Assembly: GCA_963764725.1 (NCBI GenBank)
Contig: CAVXTM010000015.1
Location: 192,001 to 256,000 of the forward strand
Length of the DNA: 64,000 nt
Direction of reading: 5' to 3'
Source of the DNA: an uncultured Gammaproteobacteria bacterium
GTDB taxonomy: Bacteria; Pseudomonadota; Gammaproteobacteria; JACCXJ01
Part shown: one piece after another, positions 48,024-57,837 of the stretch
Layout of the letters: every line of letters starts with the position of its first letter
How positions within the stretch are numbered: position 1 is the first letter of the stretch
Position numbers and translations under genes: made by a program
The notes under the pieces: model-generated
Database searches by the model: none
The model's input: only the letters and a program-made list of their open reading frames with translations
What the model was told of the DNA's origin: nothing

Positions 48024-48170
48024 GGAAGCTCTGCAAAAGTTACTGCGCAGCCCATATGCTTTGTCGCGTGCTCGCTCGTCGCTCGCCTATCTACCTGATA
48101 TGTCTCGCGACTCGCTCCGCAGCTTCGCGCATCTTGCCTTGCTCGCGAAACTTTTGCAGAGCTTCCTTAA
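48020..48170. mobile_element. MITE with perfect 22-bp terminal inverted repeat
   Basis: TTAAGGAAGCTCTGCAAAAGTT / AACTTTTGCAGAGCTTCCTTAA; TTAA at both ends. Confidence 0.85.
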
Positions 48171-48285
48171 CCGGTTTGACCCGTGGGCTTAGAGAGGGCG
48201 TTCCCATCGGCGTCGAATTTCTAGGCCGCGTTTAACGGCATGCGTTAACTGTTGTGCCGCTCCGGCAAGCTAGAATAACGAACAG

Positions 48286-50160
48286 GTGCCTTACCCACTT
48301 GTCCTTACGGATTCGGGAACCGAGACGCGGGTTTTTCGTAACCGCGTCATCGCTTCGCTCGTGATTATGGGGGTGTCGCTATTGCTGGTCATCGGGCGGC
48401 TTATCAAGCTTCAGGTATTCGAGCACGACCGCTATAAGACGCTATCGCAAGAGAATCGGCTCAAGATCGTGCCGGTTGCTCCGACACGTGGACTTATATA
48501 CAGCCATGACGGCGTGCTCCTAGCCGACAACCGGCCTTCGTTCAGCCTCGAGGTCGTACCGGAAAGGACGCCCGATCTCCCTAAGGTCATGCGTGAGCTG
48601 CGGGAGTTGATGACGATTGGCGATGATGATCTCAAGAACTTCTATCGGGCCGTGCGCAAAAAGCGCAGATTCGAAGGGGTGCCCTTGCTGAGTAATGTCG
48701 GCGAGGAGGACGTTGCGCGCTTTGTCGTCGATCGTCACCGCTTCCCAGGCGTGGCGATTGTTGCGCGTTTAAGCCGCTACTACCCGCGTGGAGCGCAGCT
48801 GGTTCACGTCGTCGGCTACATGGGCCAGATCGACGAGGCGGAGACCAAGCAATTGGACACCTCCAACTACAGCGCGACCCGCCACATCGGTAAAACCGGC
48901 GTGGAAAAATCCTATGAAGCGGTGCTCCACGGCCGTGTGGGTTATCAAGAAGTGGAGGTGAATGCCGAAGGACGCGTGATCAGGGTTTTGAAGCGCGTGC
49001 CGTCAGAATCGGGTCGGGACCTGCATCTGTCTATCGATACCCGGCTGCAACGTGCGGCTTTGCAGGAGCTTGGAGCGAAACGGGGCGCGGTGCTGGCCGC
49101 CGATCCTCGAACCGGAGCGGTGTTGGCCTTGGTCAGTAACCCGGTGCATGACCCGAATGTATTCGTCGGCGGTATCGGCATCGACGAGTACAAAGCATTG
49201 CGTGATTCCCCGGATCGACCGCTTTTCAACCGCGCGCTACAAGGAGTGTATCCACCCGGTTCCACGATCAAACCGTTCGTGGCGTTGGCCGGCCTGGACT
49301 CAGGGTTGAGAACGCCCGAGACGGCGAGCTGGTGCCCCGGTTGGTACAGCCTTGCCGGACAACGGCACAAGTACCGCTGTTGGAAAAAGACCGGTCACGG
49401 GCATGTCGATCTCGGGCGGGCCGTCGCCCAATCTTGCGATGTGTATTTTTACCGCCTGGCGCACGATCTCGAAATTGAGCGTTTGCACGGCTACCTGAGC
49501 CGGTTCAACTTCGGACACCCTACGGGAATCGATTTACCGAGTGAGGCATCCGGACTTCTGCCCTCGCCAGCGTGGAAACGAGAGTCGCGGCACCTTGCCT
49601 GGTACCCTGGGGAGACCTTGATCACCGGCATTGGGCAAGGATTCCTATTGGCGACGCCCTTGCAGCTCGTGATGGCCACGGCGATGCTCGCTAACGGCGG
49701 CCGCCGCGTTACCCCACGCGTCGTGAGCCACACGGTTGACCGCCGGACTCAGACGAGCACTCCGGTGGAGGACCCCGCCAAGGCCGAAGCTCCCTTCATC
49801 AGCGCCGCCGACCGGCAACGGATCGTTCAATCCATGGAACGGGTGGTTCACGGTAGCGATGGCACGGCCCGAACGGTCGGCCTGGATGCGCCGTTTCGGT
49901 TTGCCGGGAAAACCGGTACTTCCCAGGTGTTCAGAATCAAGCAAGGGCAGGTGATCAACAACAAAAACGTACCGGAGCATCTTCGTGATCACGCCCTATT
50001 CATAGCATTTGCCCCGGTGGAAGCGCCGGTTATCGTGCTGGCGATCGTGGTCGAGCACGGGGGCAGCGGCAGCCAGGCCGCGGCGCCGATCGCGCGCAGA
50101 CTCTTGGATCAGTATCTTAACGTCGACACGACGGAGGTACAGCAAGTTGGCGGTCGATAG
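48286..50160 (+). CDS. mrdA: Penicillin-binding protein 2
   Basis: YPPGSTIK (SxxK), SCD, KTGT. Confidence 0.97.
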   Translation: MPYPLVLTDSGTETRVFRNRVIASLVIMGVSLLLVIGRLIKLQVFEHDRYKTLSQENRLKIVPVAPTRGLIYSHDGVLLADNRPSFSLEVVPERTPDLPKVMRELRELMTIGDDDLKNFYRAVRKKRRFEGVPLLSNVGEEDVARFVVDRHRFPGVAIVARLSRYYPRGAQLVHVVGYMGQIDEAETKQLDTSNYSATRHIGKTGVEKSYEAVLHGRVGYQEVEVNAEGRVIRVLKRVPSESGRDLHLSIDTRLQRAALQELGAKRGAVLAADPRTGAVLALVSNPVHDPNVFVGGIGIDEYKALRDSPDRPLFNRALQGVYPPGSTIKPFVALAGLDSGLRTPETASWCPGWYSLAGQRHKYRCWKKTGHGHVDLGRAVAQSCDVYFYRLAHDLEIERLHGYLSRFNFGHPTGIDLPSEASGLLPSPAWKRESRHLAWYPGETLITGIGQGFLLATPLQLVMATAMLANGGRRVTPRVVSHTVDRRTQTSTPVEDPAKAEAPFISAADRQRIVQSMERVVHGSDGTARTVGLDAPFRFAGKTGTSQVFRIKQGQVINNKNVPEHLRDHALFIAFAPVEAPVIVLAIVVEHGGSGSQAAAPIARRLLDQYLNVDTTEVQQVGGR

Positions 50161-51244
50161 CCTGCGCCCGGCCATTAATCGGTTTCATCTCGATCCGCCT
50201 CTGCTTACCGGAGTGCTGATCTTGTGTGCGATGGGTTTGCTTGTGCTCTATAGCGCCAGCGCGCAACAGATGGGAATTGTCATTGGCCAAGGCGTGAAGA
50301 TGATCGCCGGGCTTGGGATCCTGGTCGGAATGGCGCAGATTCCCCCGGCCCAATTCAGACGCTGGGCACCCTGGTTCTATGTGATTGGCCTGGCGCTGCT
50401 CGGTTTGGTGATGCTTCTCGGCACGGGGCGCGGCGCCCAGCGCTGGCTCGATCTCGGCGTCATACGTTTTCAACCTTCGGAGCTGATGAAGATCGCGGTG
50501 CCGATGATGGTGTGTTGGTATTTGAGCAACGCGGGAATGGCCCCGGGCTTTCGCCGCACGCTCGTGACCCTTGGCATAGTTGTTATTCCAGCGGCTTTTA
50601 TTGCCGAGCAGCCGGATCTCGGCACCGCGACCTTGGTGGCGGCGATCGGTCTGTCGGTATTGTTTTTAGCCGGCGTAAGCTGGCGCTTGCTCGGCGTTGG
50701 GGCGGTCGTAACCGCAGCGGGCGCGCCGGTTCTTTGGTATTACATGCATGAATACCAGCGCCAGCGCTTGCTCACTTTGTTGGATCCGGAGAACGATCCG
50801 CTCGGGTCGGGCTATCATATTATCCAATCCATGATTGCCGTCGGTTCCGGAGGATTGTTCGGCAAGGGTTGGTTAAATGGCACGCAATCACACTTGGAAT
50901 TTTTGCCGGAGCGGTCAACCGACTTTATTTTCGCCGTGCTGTGCGAGGAATTCGGATTAATGGGTGTGTTACTGCTTCTGAGCGTTTATCTGTTCGTGAT
51001 CCTGCGCGGTTTCACGATCGCCCTTGGGGCGCAAGAAAGCTTCCTGCGCTTATTCGCGGGGAGCCTTACGATCACGCTGTTCATTTATATATTTGTCAAT
51101 ATGGGTATGGTGGTCGGCCAATTGCCGGTTGTCGGCATCCCGTTGCCTTTCATTAGCTACGGAGGAACCTCGCTCGTGACTCTGCTCGCGAGTTTCGGTA
51201 TTCTGATGTCTATTCACACCCACAAACGACTACTGTCGAATTGA
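50147..51244 (+). CDS. rodA: Peptidoglycan glycosyltransferase RodA
   Basis: FQPSELMK, QPDLGT, LPERSTDFIF, SYGGTS; start approximate. Confidence 0.95.
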   Translation: MAVDSLRPAINRFHLDPPLLTGVLILCAMGLLVLYSASAQQMGIVIGQGVKMIAGLGILVGMAQIPPAQFRRWAPWFYVIGLALLGLVMLLGTGRGAQRWLDLGVIRFQPSELMKIAVPMMVCWYLSNAGMAPGFRRTLVTLGIVVIPAAFIAEQPDLGTATLVAAIGLSVLFLAGVSWRLLGVGAVVTAAGAPVLWYYMHEYQRQRLLTLLDPENDPLGSGYHIIQSMIAVGSGGLFGKGWLNGTQSHLEFLPERSTDFIFAVLCEEFGLMGVLLLLSVYLFVILRGFTIALGAQESFLRLFAGSLTITLFIYIFVNMGMVVGQLPVVGIPLPFISYGGTSLVTLLASFGILMSIHTHKRLLSN

Positions 51245-51253
51245 GGAGCACGT

Positions 51254-52264
51254 TTGAAGGCGTTGATTGGGGCCGTGTGCCTTGGAATTTCCTGCATCGG
51301 ATCGTCGTTTGCGAGCGAGCTTGATCGCAATGCGGTCAAGGAATTTATCGATGAGATGGTTGCAGGCCACGCTTTTTCGCGCGGCGATCTCGATGCTTTG
51401 TTCCGTGAAGTCCGCTTGGCGCCCATGGTATTGGCGGCGATCGCGAAACCCGCCGAGTCCAAGCCTTGGTATCAATACCGCGCCAACTTTGTAACGCCCG
51501 AGCGAACCGAAGCAGGCGTCGATTTCTGGGCCCGTAACCGCGTGGCCCTGGAACGGGCGGAACGTGTTTTTGGCGTACCGCCTCACATCATCGTCGGCAT
51601 CATTGGGGTCGAGACCTACTTCGGAAGGAATACCGGCACGCATGTGGTCGCGGACGCACTCAGCACCCTGGCGTTTCACTTTCCGCCACGCGCTGCGTTC
51701 TTTCGTAGCGAGCTCGAGAGCTTCCTGCTGTTCACGCGAGATCATGGCATGGATGCGCTAACGATTAAGGGGTCCTATGCCGGCGCCATGGGGATCCCTC
51801 AATTTATGCCCAGTAGCTATCGCCGCTTCGCGGTGGATTTCGATCACGACGGCCACGCGGACATTTGGGGGAATCCGGCCGATGCGATCGCCAGCGTGGG
51901 AAACTATCTAAAAGCCCACGGTTGGGAAGCCGGAAAGCCCATCGTGGTGCCCGCCCGCGTCACGGGGCGGCAGTATGATACCTTCTTGTATCAAGGCCGA
52001 GAGCCCAGTGCGCGCTTGAAAACGATGCGGGACGCGGGGATCATCCCGGAGAAACGCGTGGGCGATGACTTGCTCGCGTTTCTTGTCGCCTTGGACACCG
52101 GCGCCGGCCGGGAATTTTGGCTGGGGCTGAAAAACTTCTTCGTGATAACGCGCTATAATCATAGCACCTTATACGCGATGGCCGTATTTCAACTGGCCAA
52201 GGCCGTCAGGCACGGTCATAAGAACAGCGAAGCTTATCCGCGTGATCCCATCGCTAGCCACTAA
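51254..52264 (+). CDS. mltB: Lytic murein transglycosylase B
   Basis: GIIGVET, GSYAGAMG.PQFMPSSY, ITRYNHS. Confidence 0.96.
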   Translation: MKALIGAVCLGISCIGSSFASELDRNAVKEFIDEMVAGHAFSRGDLDALFREVRLAPMVLAAIAKPAESKPWYQYRANFVTPERTEAGVDFWARNRVALERAERVFGVPPHIIVGIIGVETYFGRNTGTHVVADALSTLAFHFPPRAAFFRSELESFLLFTRDHGMDALTIKGSYAGAMGIPQFMPSSYRRFAVDFDHDGHADIWGNPADAIASVGNYLKAHGWEAGKPIVVPARVTGRQYDTFLYQGREPSARLKTMRDAGIIPEKRVGDDLLAFLVALDTGAGREFWLGLKNFFVITRYNHSTLYAMAVFQLAKAVRHGHKNSEAYPRDPIASH

Positions 52265-53072
52265 AGCCGGCCGAAGCTGCAGGTACGCCTTTCTACTCTG
52301 TCTAGGCCTGTTAGCCGCGGGGTGTGGCACGGCGCCCTTGCGGCAAAAACCCGTCCCTCCCTCTCCGACGGAAATAATTCCCGATCCCGGCCCGACGGTG
52401 CGGGACGAACCCTTGAGTCGTTACGGTAACCCCGAATTTTACGAGGTCTTCGGCCGGCGTTATCGCCCGTTGAAGAATGCCGCGGGATTCGCGGAACGCG
52501 GGATCGCCTCTTGGTATGGCCCTGACTTTCACCTGCGCCGCACCTCGAGCGGAGAGACCTACGATATGTATAAGATGACGGCGGCGCATCGGGTCTTGCC
52601 GTTGCCGACCTATGTTGAGGTCACCAATCTGGAGAACGGCCGCCGGGCCATCGTAAGGGTCAACGATCGGGGACCGTTCAAGGACGATCGTGTCATCGAC
52701 CTTTCCTTTGCGGCGGCCGTCAAGCTCGGTGTTCATGGACCCGGCACGGCGCGTGTCGAGCTGCGGACCATCGCGCCTGGCCGCCGGCCGGCGGTCCGTG
52801 CTACGGCTCCGTCGCCGCTCCATCGAACGCAAAAGCGCTCCGGGTATTATTTGCAGGTGGGCGCCTTTTCCGACATGAGCAACGCCGAGCGCCTGCGCAA
52901 CCATATCGTAGCGATGCTCGACAAAAGCGTTGAGATTCGGCCGGACGTCATCGCGGACAAATCCTATTACCTAGTGCACGTCGGTCCGTTGGCAACGACG
53001 GCGGCCGCAAGCCGCATTGCCGCGCGGCTTACGCGGATGGGCGTCCGAGACCATCGCCTAATCGAAAACTGA
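52242..53072 (+). CDS. rlpA: Septal lytic transglycosylase RlpA
   Basis: Lipobox LAAGC, GIASWYG, VRVNDRGPF, SPOR domain LQVGAF. Confidence 0.95.
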   Translation: MIPSLATKAGRSCRYAFLLCLGLLAAGCGTAPLRQKPVPPSPTEIIPDPGPTVRDEPLSRYGNPEFYEVFGRRYRPLKNAAGFAERGIASWYGPDFHLRRTSSGETYDMYKMTAAHRVLPLPTYVEVTNLENGRRAIVRVNDRGPFKDDRVIDLSFAAAVKLGVHGPGTARVELRTIAPGRRPAVRATAPSPLHRTQKRSGYYLQVGAFSDMSNAERLRNHIVAMLDKSVEIRPDVIADKSYYLVHVGPLATTAAASRIAARLTRMGVRDHRLIEN

Positions 53073-53130
53073 TACGCTCTTTCCGGGCGGCATGCCTTCA
53101 CGTATGCGCCCATGCGTTTTGAAAACCACC

Positions 53131-54264
53131 ATGAAAAGCTTTTCACTCTTGGTCCTACTGTCGGTGTTGTCGAACCGGGGGCATGCCGTTGAGGCGCCGA
53201 TGGCGCCCCCGCCGCGAATCGACGCCGCGGCACACGTTTTGATGGATTATCACAGTGGCGAGCTCCTCGCCGAGGGCAACCCGGACCAGCGTTGGGAACC
53301 CGCGAGCCTGACCAAGATCATGACGATGTACGCGCTCGCTCACGAGCTGCAGGAAGGGAATGTCGCCTTGGAGGATCCGGTAACCATCAGCGAGCAGGCG
53401 TGGCGCATGGGCGGGTCGAAGATGTTTATCGAAGTCGGCAAACAGGTCTCCCTCAAGGACCTATTAATGGGCGTGGTCATCCAGTCGGGCAACGACGCGA
53501 GCGTTGCGCTCGCCGAGCATATTTCCGGCTCCGAAGAGGTCTTCGCGGAGCTCATGAACCAGCACGCGCGGCGTATCGGTCTTAAAAACACTCACTTTAC
53601 CAACACCTCGGGGCTTCCCGACCCAAAGCACTACTCGACGGCGCGCGATCTTGCCCTCCTGTCCAGGGCGCTCGTCCGAGATTATCCGGATGTTTACGCA
53701 CTTTCCAAGATCAAGGAATTCACTTTTAACGGTATTAAACAACCTAACCGCAACAAGCTCCTGTGGCGCGATGCGTCCGTAGACGGCCTCAAGACCGGAC
53801 ACACGCAGGGCGCCGGGTATTGTTTGGTGGCCTCCGCGCTGCGCGACGACATGCGTCTAATTTCGGTGGTACTGGGGGCGAAAACGGAAAAGGAGCGCGG
53901 CGCCGCAACCCAAGGATTACTCAATTATGGATTCCGGTTTTACGAAACCCATCGCCTGTACGCCGCCCATCAAGCGCTCGCCCAGGTTCGCGTGTGGAAG
54001 GGTGAAGCGCAAACCGCCGACGTGGGCCTGCTGGAAGATCTTTTCATCACCTTGCCGCGGCGGCGGCATAAGGATTTGAAGGCGGCGATGCATCTCGAAC
54101 CGCGGATCATTGCTCCGGTAGCAAAAGGGCAACGAGGCGGGACCTTGAAGATCAATCTCGGCGGCAAGGAGCTTATGCAAAGGCCGCTGGTTCTACTGAG
54201 TGCCATCGCCGAGGGGCCGCTCTATAAGCGCCTCCTCGACGAAGTCTGGATGCTTATACCGTAA
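53131..54264 (+). CDS. dacA: D-alanyl-D-alanine carboxypeptidase (PBP5/6)
   Basis: PASLTK, SGND, KTG. Confidence 0.93.
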   Translation: MKSFSLLVLLSVLSNRGHAVEAPMAPPPRIDAAAHVLMDYHSGELLAEGNPDQRWEPASLTKIMTMYALAHELQEGNVALEDPVTISEQAWRMGGSKMFIEVGKQVSLKDLLMGVVIQSGNDASVALAEHISGSEEVFAELMNQHARRIGLKNTHFTNTSGLPDPKHYSTARDLALLSRALVRDYPDVYALSKIKEFTFNGIKQPNRNKLLWRDASVDGLKTGHTQGAGYCLVASALRDDMRLISVVLGAKTEKERGAATQGLLNYGFRFYETHRLYAAHQALAQVRVWKGEAQTADVGLLEDLFITLPRRRHKDLKAAMHLEPRIIAPVAKGQRGGTLKINLGGKELMQRPLVLLSAIAEGPLYKRLLDEVWMLIP

Positions 54265-54276
54265 TCGTTTCCCGCT

Positions 54277-55113
54277 ATGCCGGATTGCTATCTTAACGGT
54301 GAGTTCATCGCACTTGAGTGCGCGCGCGTGTCCGTGTTGGACCGGGGCTTTATTTTCGGTGACGGCGTCTATGAGGTGATTCCGGTATTCAACGGACGCA
54401 CGTTTCGCTTGGGGCAGCACCTCGCGCGGCTGCGTCAGAGCTTGGAGGCGATTCGCATCCCGCAGCCTCTCAGCGAGCGCGAGTGGACGGGCCTATTGAA
54501 TACGCTCGTCGAGCGTAATGGAGGGGGCAACCAATCCCTGTACGTTCAGGTGACCCGCGGGGCTGCCAAGCGCGACCATGTATTGCCCGAGCCTATCGCA
54601 CCGACCGTGTTTGCGATGAGCACATGCCTCGACCCCAAGCCCGGCCACGCACCGGTCAGCGCGATCACCTGTGAGGATATCCGCTGGCATTACTGCGACA
54701 TCAAGGCCATCGATCTGCTGGCGAACGTGATGCTGCGGCAGCGGGCCGCCGATGGCGGGGCTTACGAAGCCATCTTGCTGCGGGACGGCCGGCTGACGGA
54801 GGGCGCGGCCAGCAACGTGTTCATCGCCGCCGGCGGTATTGTCAAAACACCGCCCAAAAGCCATGCGCTCCTGCCGGGGATCACCCGCGACGTGCTGGTG
54901 GAAATATTGCCCTCGGCAGGGATCCCCTGCGTGGAAACCGAGGTTCCGCGGGCCGAGCTGATGAGCGCGGAGGAAATTTGGCTGACGAGCTCGGTCCGCG
55001 AGATCCTGCCGGTGACCGTCTTAGACGGGCACCCCGTGGGCAGCGGTGAGCCGGGACCGCTTTGGTTGCGGGCGTTTGAACTGTACGAAGAGTTTAAGGC
55101 GGGCCAGGCATAA
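54277..55113 (+). CDS. dat: D-amino acid aminotransferase (class IV PLP)
   Basis: DRGFIFGDGVYE, CDIK, TEGAASNVF, LPGITR. Confidence 0.85.
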   Translation: MPDCYLNGEFIALECARVSVLDRGFIFGDGVYEVIPVFNGRTFRLGQHLARLRQSLEAIRIPQPLSEREWTGLLNTLVERNGGGNQSLYVQVTRGAAKRDHVLPEPIAPTVFAMSTCLDPKPGHAPVSAITCEDIRWHYCDIKAIDLLANVMLRQRAADGGAYEAILLRDGRLTEGAASNVFIAAGGIVKTPPKSHALLPGITRDVLVEILPSAGIPCVETEVPRAELMSAEEIWLTSSVREILPVTVLDGHPVGSGEPGPLWLRAFELYEEFKAGQA

Positions 55114-55433
55114 AAAGCCGCGCCGCCTTAAAACGACGGAACCAACGACATCGTGATGTCGCCGCTCGAGTTGACGCCGGCAGGCTCTCCGGCGCCGTCA
55201 TCGCGAACGCAGCGCTGTGGTCGAAAACCGGCGTCCAGGAGATGGCTTCAGCGTACGGGGAGCTGCTGGGTCGGATGACCGAGCCCTGCGCGGACCCTAC
55301 GGAACTGCTGTCGAGGCGCCTCTCATACTCCTGAGCAGGAGGGTTGGTTCACCGACCACGGTGCGCCGGTAGTCTGCAGCGATGCGAGGGCGTTCCTGCA
55401 ACGGCAGCCGAAAAAGCGGTAGGATGACCTGTC

Positions 55434-55796
55434 ATGGAGATCTTCAAGGAATTCTCGATCGAGGCCGCGCACCTCCTTCCTAACGTCCCCGAAGACCACA
55501 AGTGCCGCCGCCTGCACGGCCACTCGTTCCGCATCGCAATCCATGTCCGTGGCGCGCTAGGACCAAAAAGCGGTTGGGTCATGGATTTCGCCGACGTGGG
55601 AGAGAGATTCCAGCCGCTTTTCGAGAGGCTGGATCATCACTGTCTCAACGACATCGAGGGCCTGGAGAATCCGACCAGCGAGAACCTGGCCCGTTGGATC
55701 TGGCAGCGGCTGAAACCCGACCTTTCGCAGCTTACAAAAGTCGTGGTCCGCGAGACCTGCACGGCCGGTTGTGTTTACCAGGGCGAGGAGGAGTGA
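55434..55796 (+). CDS. queD: 6-carboxytetrahydropterin synthase QueD
   Basis: [32 protein letters not shown]. Confidence 0.95.
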   Translation: MEIFKEFSIEAAHLLPNVPEDHKCRRLHGHSFRIAIHVRGALGPKSGWVMDFADVGERFQPLFERLDHHCLNDIEGLENPTSENLARWIWQRLKPDLSQLTKVVVRETCTAGCVYQGEEE

Positions 55797-55824
55797 GAGG
55801 GTGTGATAAACCCTGGGTCTGATG

Positions 55825-57126
55825 TCACCGATCGGACCCGGTGATAAGGCGCGTGCCGCGCTCGAAGGTTAGGTACGACCAAAGCCACTGCAGGGCGACG
55901 ATCAGCCGGTTTCGCAGACTGATGAGAAAATAAATGTGCGCGAGGCCCCAGATCCACCAGGCGAGGTTTCCTTTAAGGCGCAGCCAGCCGAAGTCAACGA
56001 CCGCCGATTTGCGCCCGACGGTGGCGAGGTTGCCCCGGTTGCGATAGCGAAACGCCGGAGGCGCGGCCTGCCCCGCGATCCGCGCCTGGATCCGCCGCGC
56101 GACGTAGACACCCGCTTGTTTGGCGGCCGGAGCAATCCCGGGTACCGGCCTGCCCTGGGGGTCCCGCATGAGCGCGGCATCGCCGATCACGAACACGTTG
56201 GGTAAGCCCGGTACGGAGAGGTCGGGCTGCACGATGACACGGCCGGCTCGATCCTGCTCGACGCCCAGCCACTGCGCCGCCGGCGCGGCCGCGACGCCCG
56301 CCGCCCAGAGGATGGTGGCCGCCGCGATTGGGCTGTCGCCGAGGATCACACCGCCTGCGTCGCAAGCCGTCACCGGCTGGCCCAAGCGTACCTCCACGCC
56401 GAGCCGCCCGAGCGAGGCGAGGGCGAACTGCGAGAGGGCCTTGGGGAAGGCCGCCAGCACGCGCGGGCCGGCCTCGACGAGCAGGATGCGGGCGCTGCGC
56501 GGATCGATATGGCGGAAGTCAGCCGAGAGCGCCTTGCGCGCCAGCTCCGCGATAGCCCCGGCCAGCTCCACCCCTGTCGGTCCCGCGCCGACGATAACGA
56601 AGGTCAGCAGGCGTTTCCGCTCGCGCTCATCGGTTTCCATCTCGGCCCGCTCGAAGGCCAAGAGGATGCGCCGGCGGATCTCCGTGGCATCGTCGAGGTG
56701 CTTGAGCCCGGGGGCAAACGGCTCCCAGTCTCTGTGGCCAAAGTAGTCGTGCCTGACTCCTGTAGATAACACCAGATAATCATAGGGGAGCGATCGCTCG
56801 CCCATGTGCAACACTTGCCGCGCCGTATCGACCGCGGTCACTTCGCCCAGCAAGACCCGCGCGTTCGGCTGGCGCCGCAGCAGGCGGCGGATGGGCCAAG
56901 CGATATCGCCCGGAGAGAGGGCGGCGGTGGCGACCTGATAGAGCAGCGGCTGAAACAAATGGTAGTTCTGACGATCCACGACGGTGACGGCGGCCGGAGC
57001 GCGGGCTAGAGCCTTTGCGGCGGCCAGTCCGCCGAATCCGGCCCCGACGATCACTACCTGTGGCTTGCGGTCCGGCGATGATTTTTTACTTACCGCATCC
57101 GGGGGCGTGTTTTCATTCCCGACCAT
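55825..57126 (-). CDS. NADH dehydrogenase type II-like FAD oxidoreductase
   Basis: GAGFGG, HLFQPLLYQVATA, GAGPTGVELAG. Confidence 0.9.
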   Translation of the reverse strand: MVGNENTPPDAVSKKSSPDRKPQVVIVGAGFGGLAAAKALARAPAAVTVVDRQNYHLFQPLLYQVATAALSPGDIAWPIRRLLRRQPNARVLLGEVTAVDTARQVLHMGERSLPYDYLVLSTGVRHDYFGHRDWEPFAPGLKHLDDATEIRRRILLAFERAEMETDERERKRLLTFVIVGAGPTGVELAGAIAELARKALSADFRHIDPRSARILLVEAGPRVLAAFPKALSQFALASLGRLGVEVRLGQPVTACDAGGVILGDSPIAAATILWAAGVAAAPAAQWLGVEQDRAGRVIVQPDLSVPGLPNVFVIGDAALMRDPQGRPVPGIAPAAKQAGVYVARRIQARIAGQAAPPAFRYRNRGNLATVGRKSAVVDFGWLRLKGNLAWWIWGLAHIYFLISLRNRLIVALQWLWSYLTFERGTRLITGSDR

Positions 57127-57195
57127 GCTTTTCTCCTATACCGTTCCGCATTGCAAGCCTGATATGCTTTTCCGTTTATCACGAGCGTTAAGCGC

Positions 57196-57702
57196 TCAGA
57201 CCAGTTGGAATTCCGGCGCATACTTCGCAAGGCCGGCATGCCCTCGCAAGGCCCCCGCGCGCAACTCGATCGCCATGAATACGCCCTCCGCGACGGCGTA
57301 TTCACTCTGGATGCCGTAGTTGCTCGCGGGTACGAAACCAAAGCGCGGATAATAGTTCGGGTGTCCCAACACCACAACGCCAGCCAAGCCCGCTTTTCGG
57401 CACGCGTCGAGCCCAGCATTAACCAGCAGGGAGCCGATTCCCTGTCGCTGTAGCGCCGGCACTACCGCCATCGGCGCGAGACCCGCGACAGGCAAGGCCT
57501 CTCTCTCCGTCTCGACGGTGACTGGGCTGAACAAGATGTGTCCCACCACGTGGTCTTCTCTTACGGCAACGAGGGAGAGGATGATCCTACCGCGAGCGCG
57601 GAGAGTTTCGACAAGCTGGGCCTCTGCCGGGCGGCCGAACGCCTCCTCGTTGAGGTAACGGATCTCGGCGGGATCACTCGGTTTTTCTGGACGTATGATC
57701 AC
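57196..57702 (-). CDS. GNAT N-acetyltransferase (YhbS-like)
   Basis: VGHILFSP, LAPMAV.P..QRQGIG, VLGHPNYYPRFGF. Confidence 0.9.
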   Translation of the reverse strand: MIIRPEKPSDPAEIRYLNEEAFGRPAEAQLVETLRARGRIILSLVAVREDHVVGHILFSPVTVETEREALPVAGLAPMAVVPALQRQGIGSLLVNAGLDACRKAGLAGVVVLGHPNYYPRFGFVPASNYGIQSEYAVAEGVFMAIELRAGALRGHAGLAKYAPEFQLV

Positions 57703-57837
57703 GGTGCTTCGATCCTCTCGCTGTTATCCAGACCCTCACTTCTTTTCCGTCGTCATTCGCGCTAAAGCTGGAGTCCTGAATTCGGTGTCAGAACTGGATT
57801 CCAGGTCGCGGTCAGTCCGCTCCATTACCCGACCCCG

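Noticed and set aside
55300-55433. preQ1 riboswitch upstream of queD
   Set aside because: I could not find the preQ1-I stem-loop with its A-rich tail
57127-57195. attC after the GNAT gene (GCTTAAC on the minus strand)
   Set aside because: Only an inverse-core-like heptamer; no matching GTTRRRY arm or palindrome
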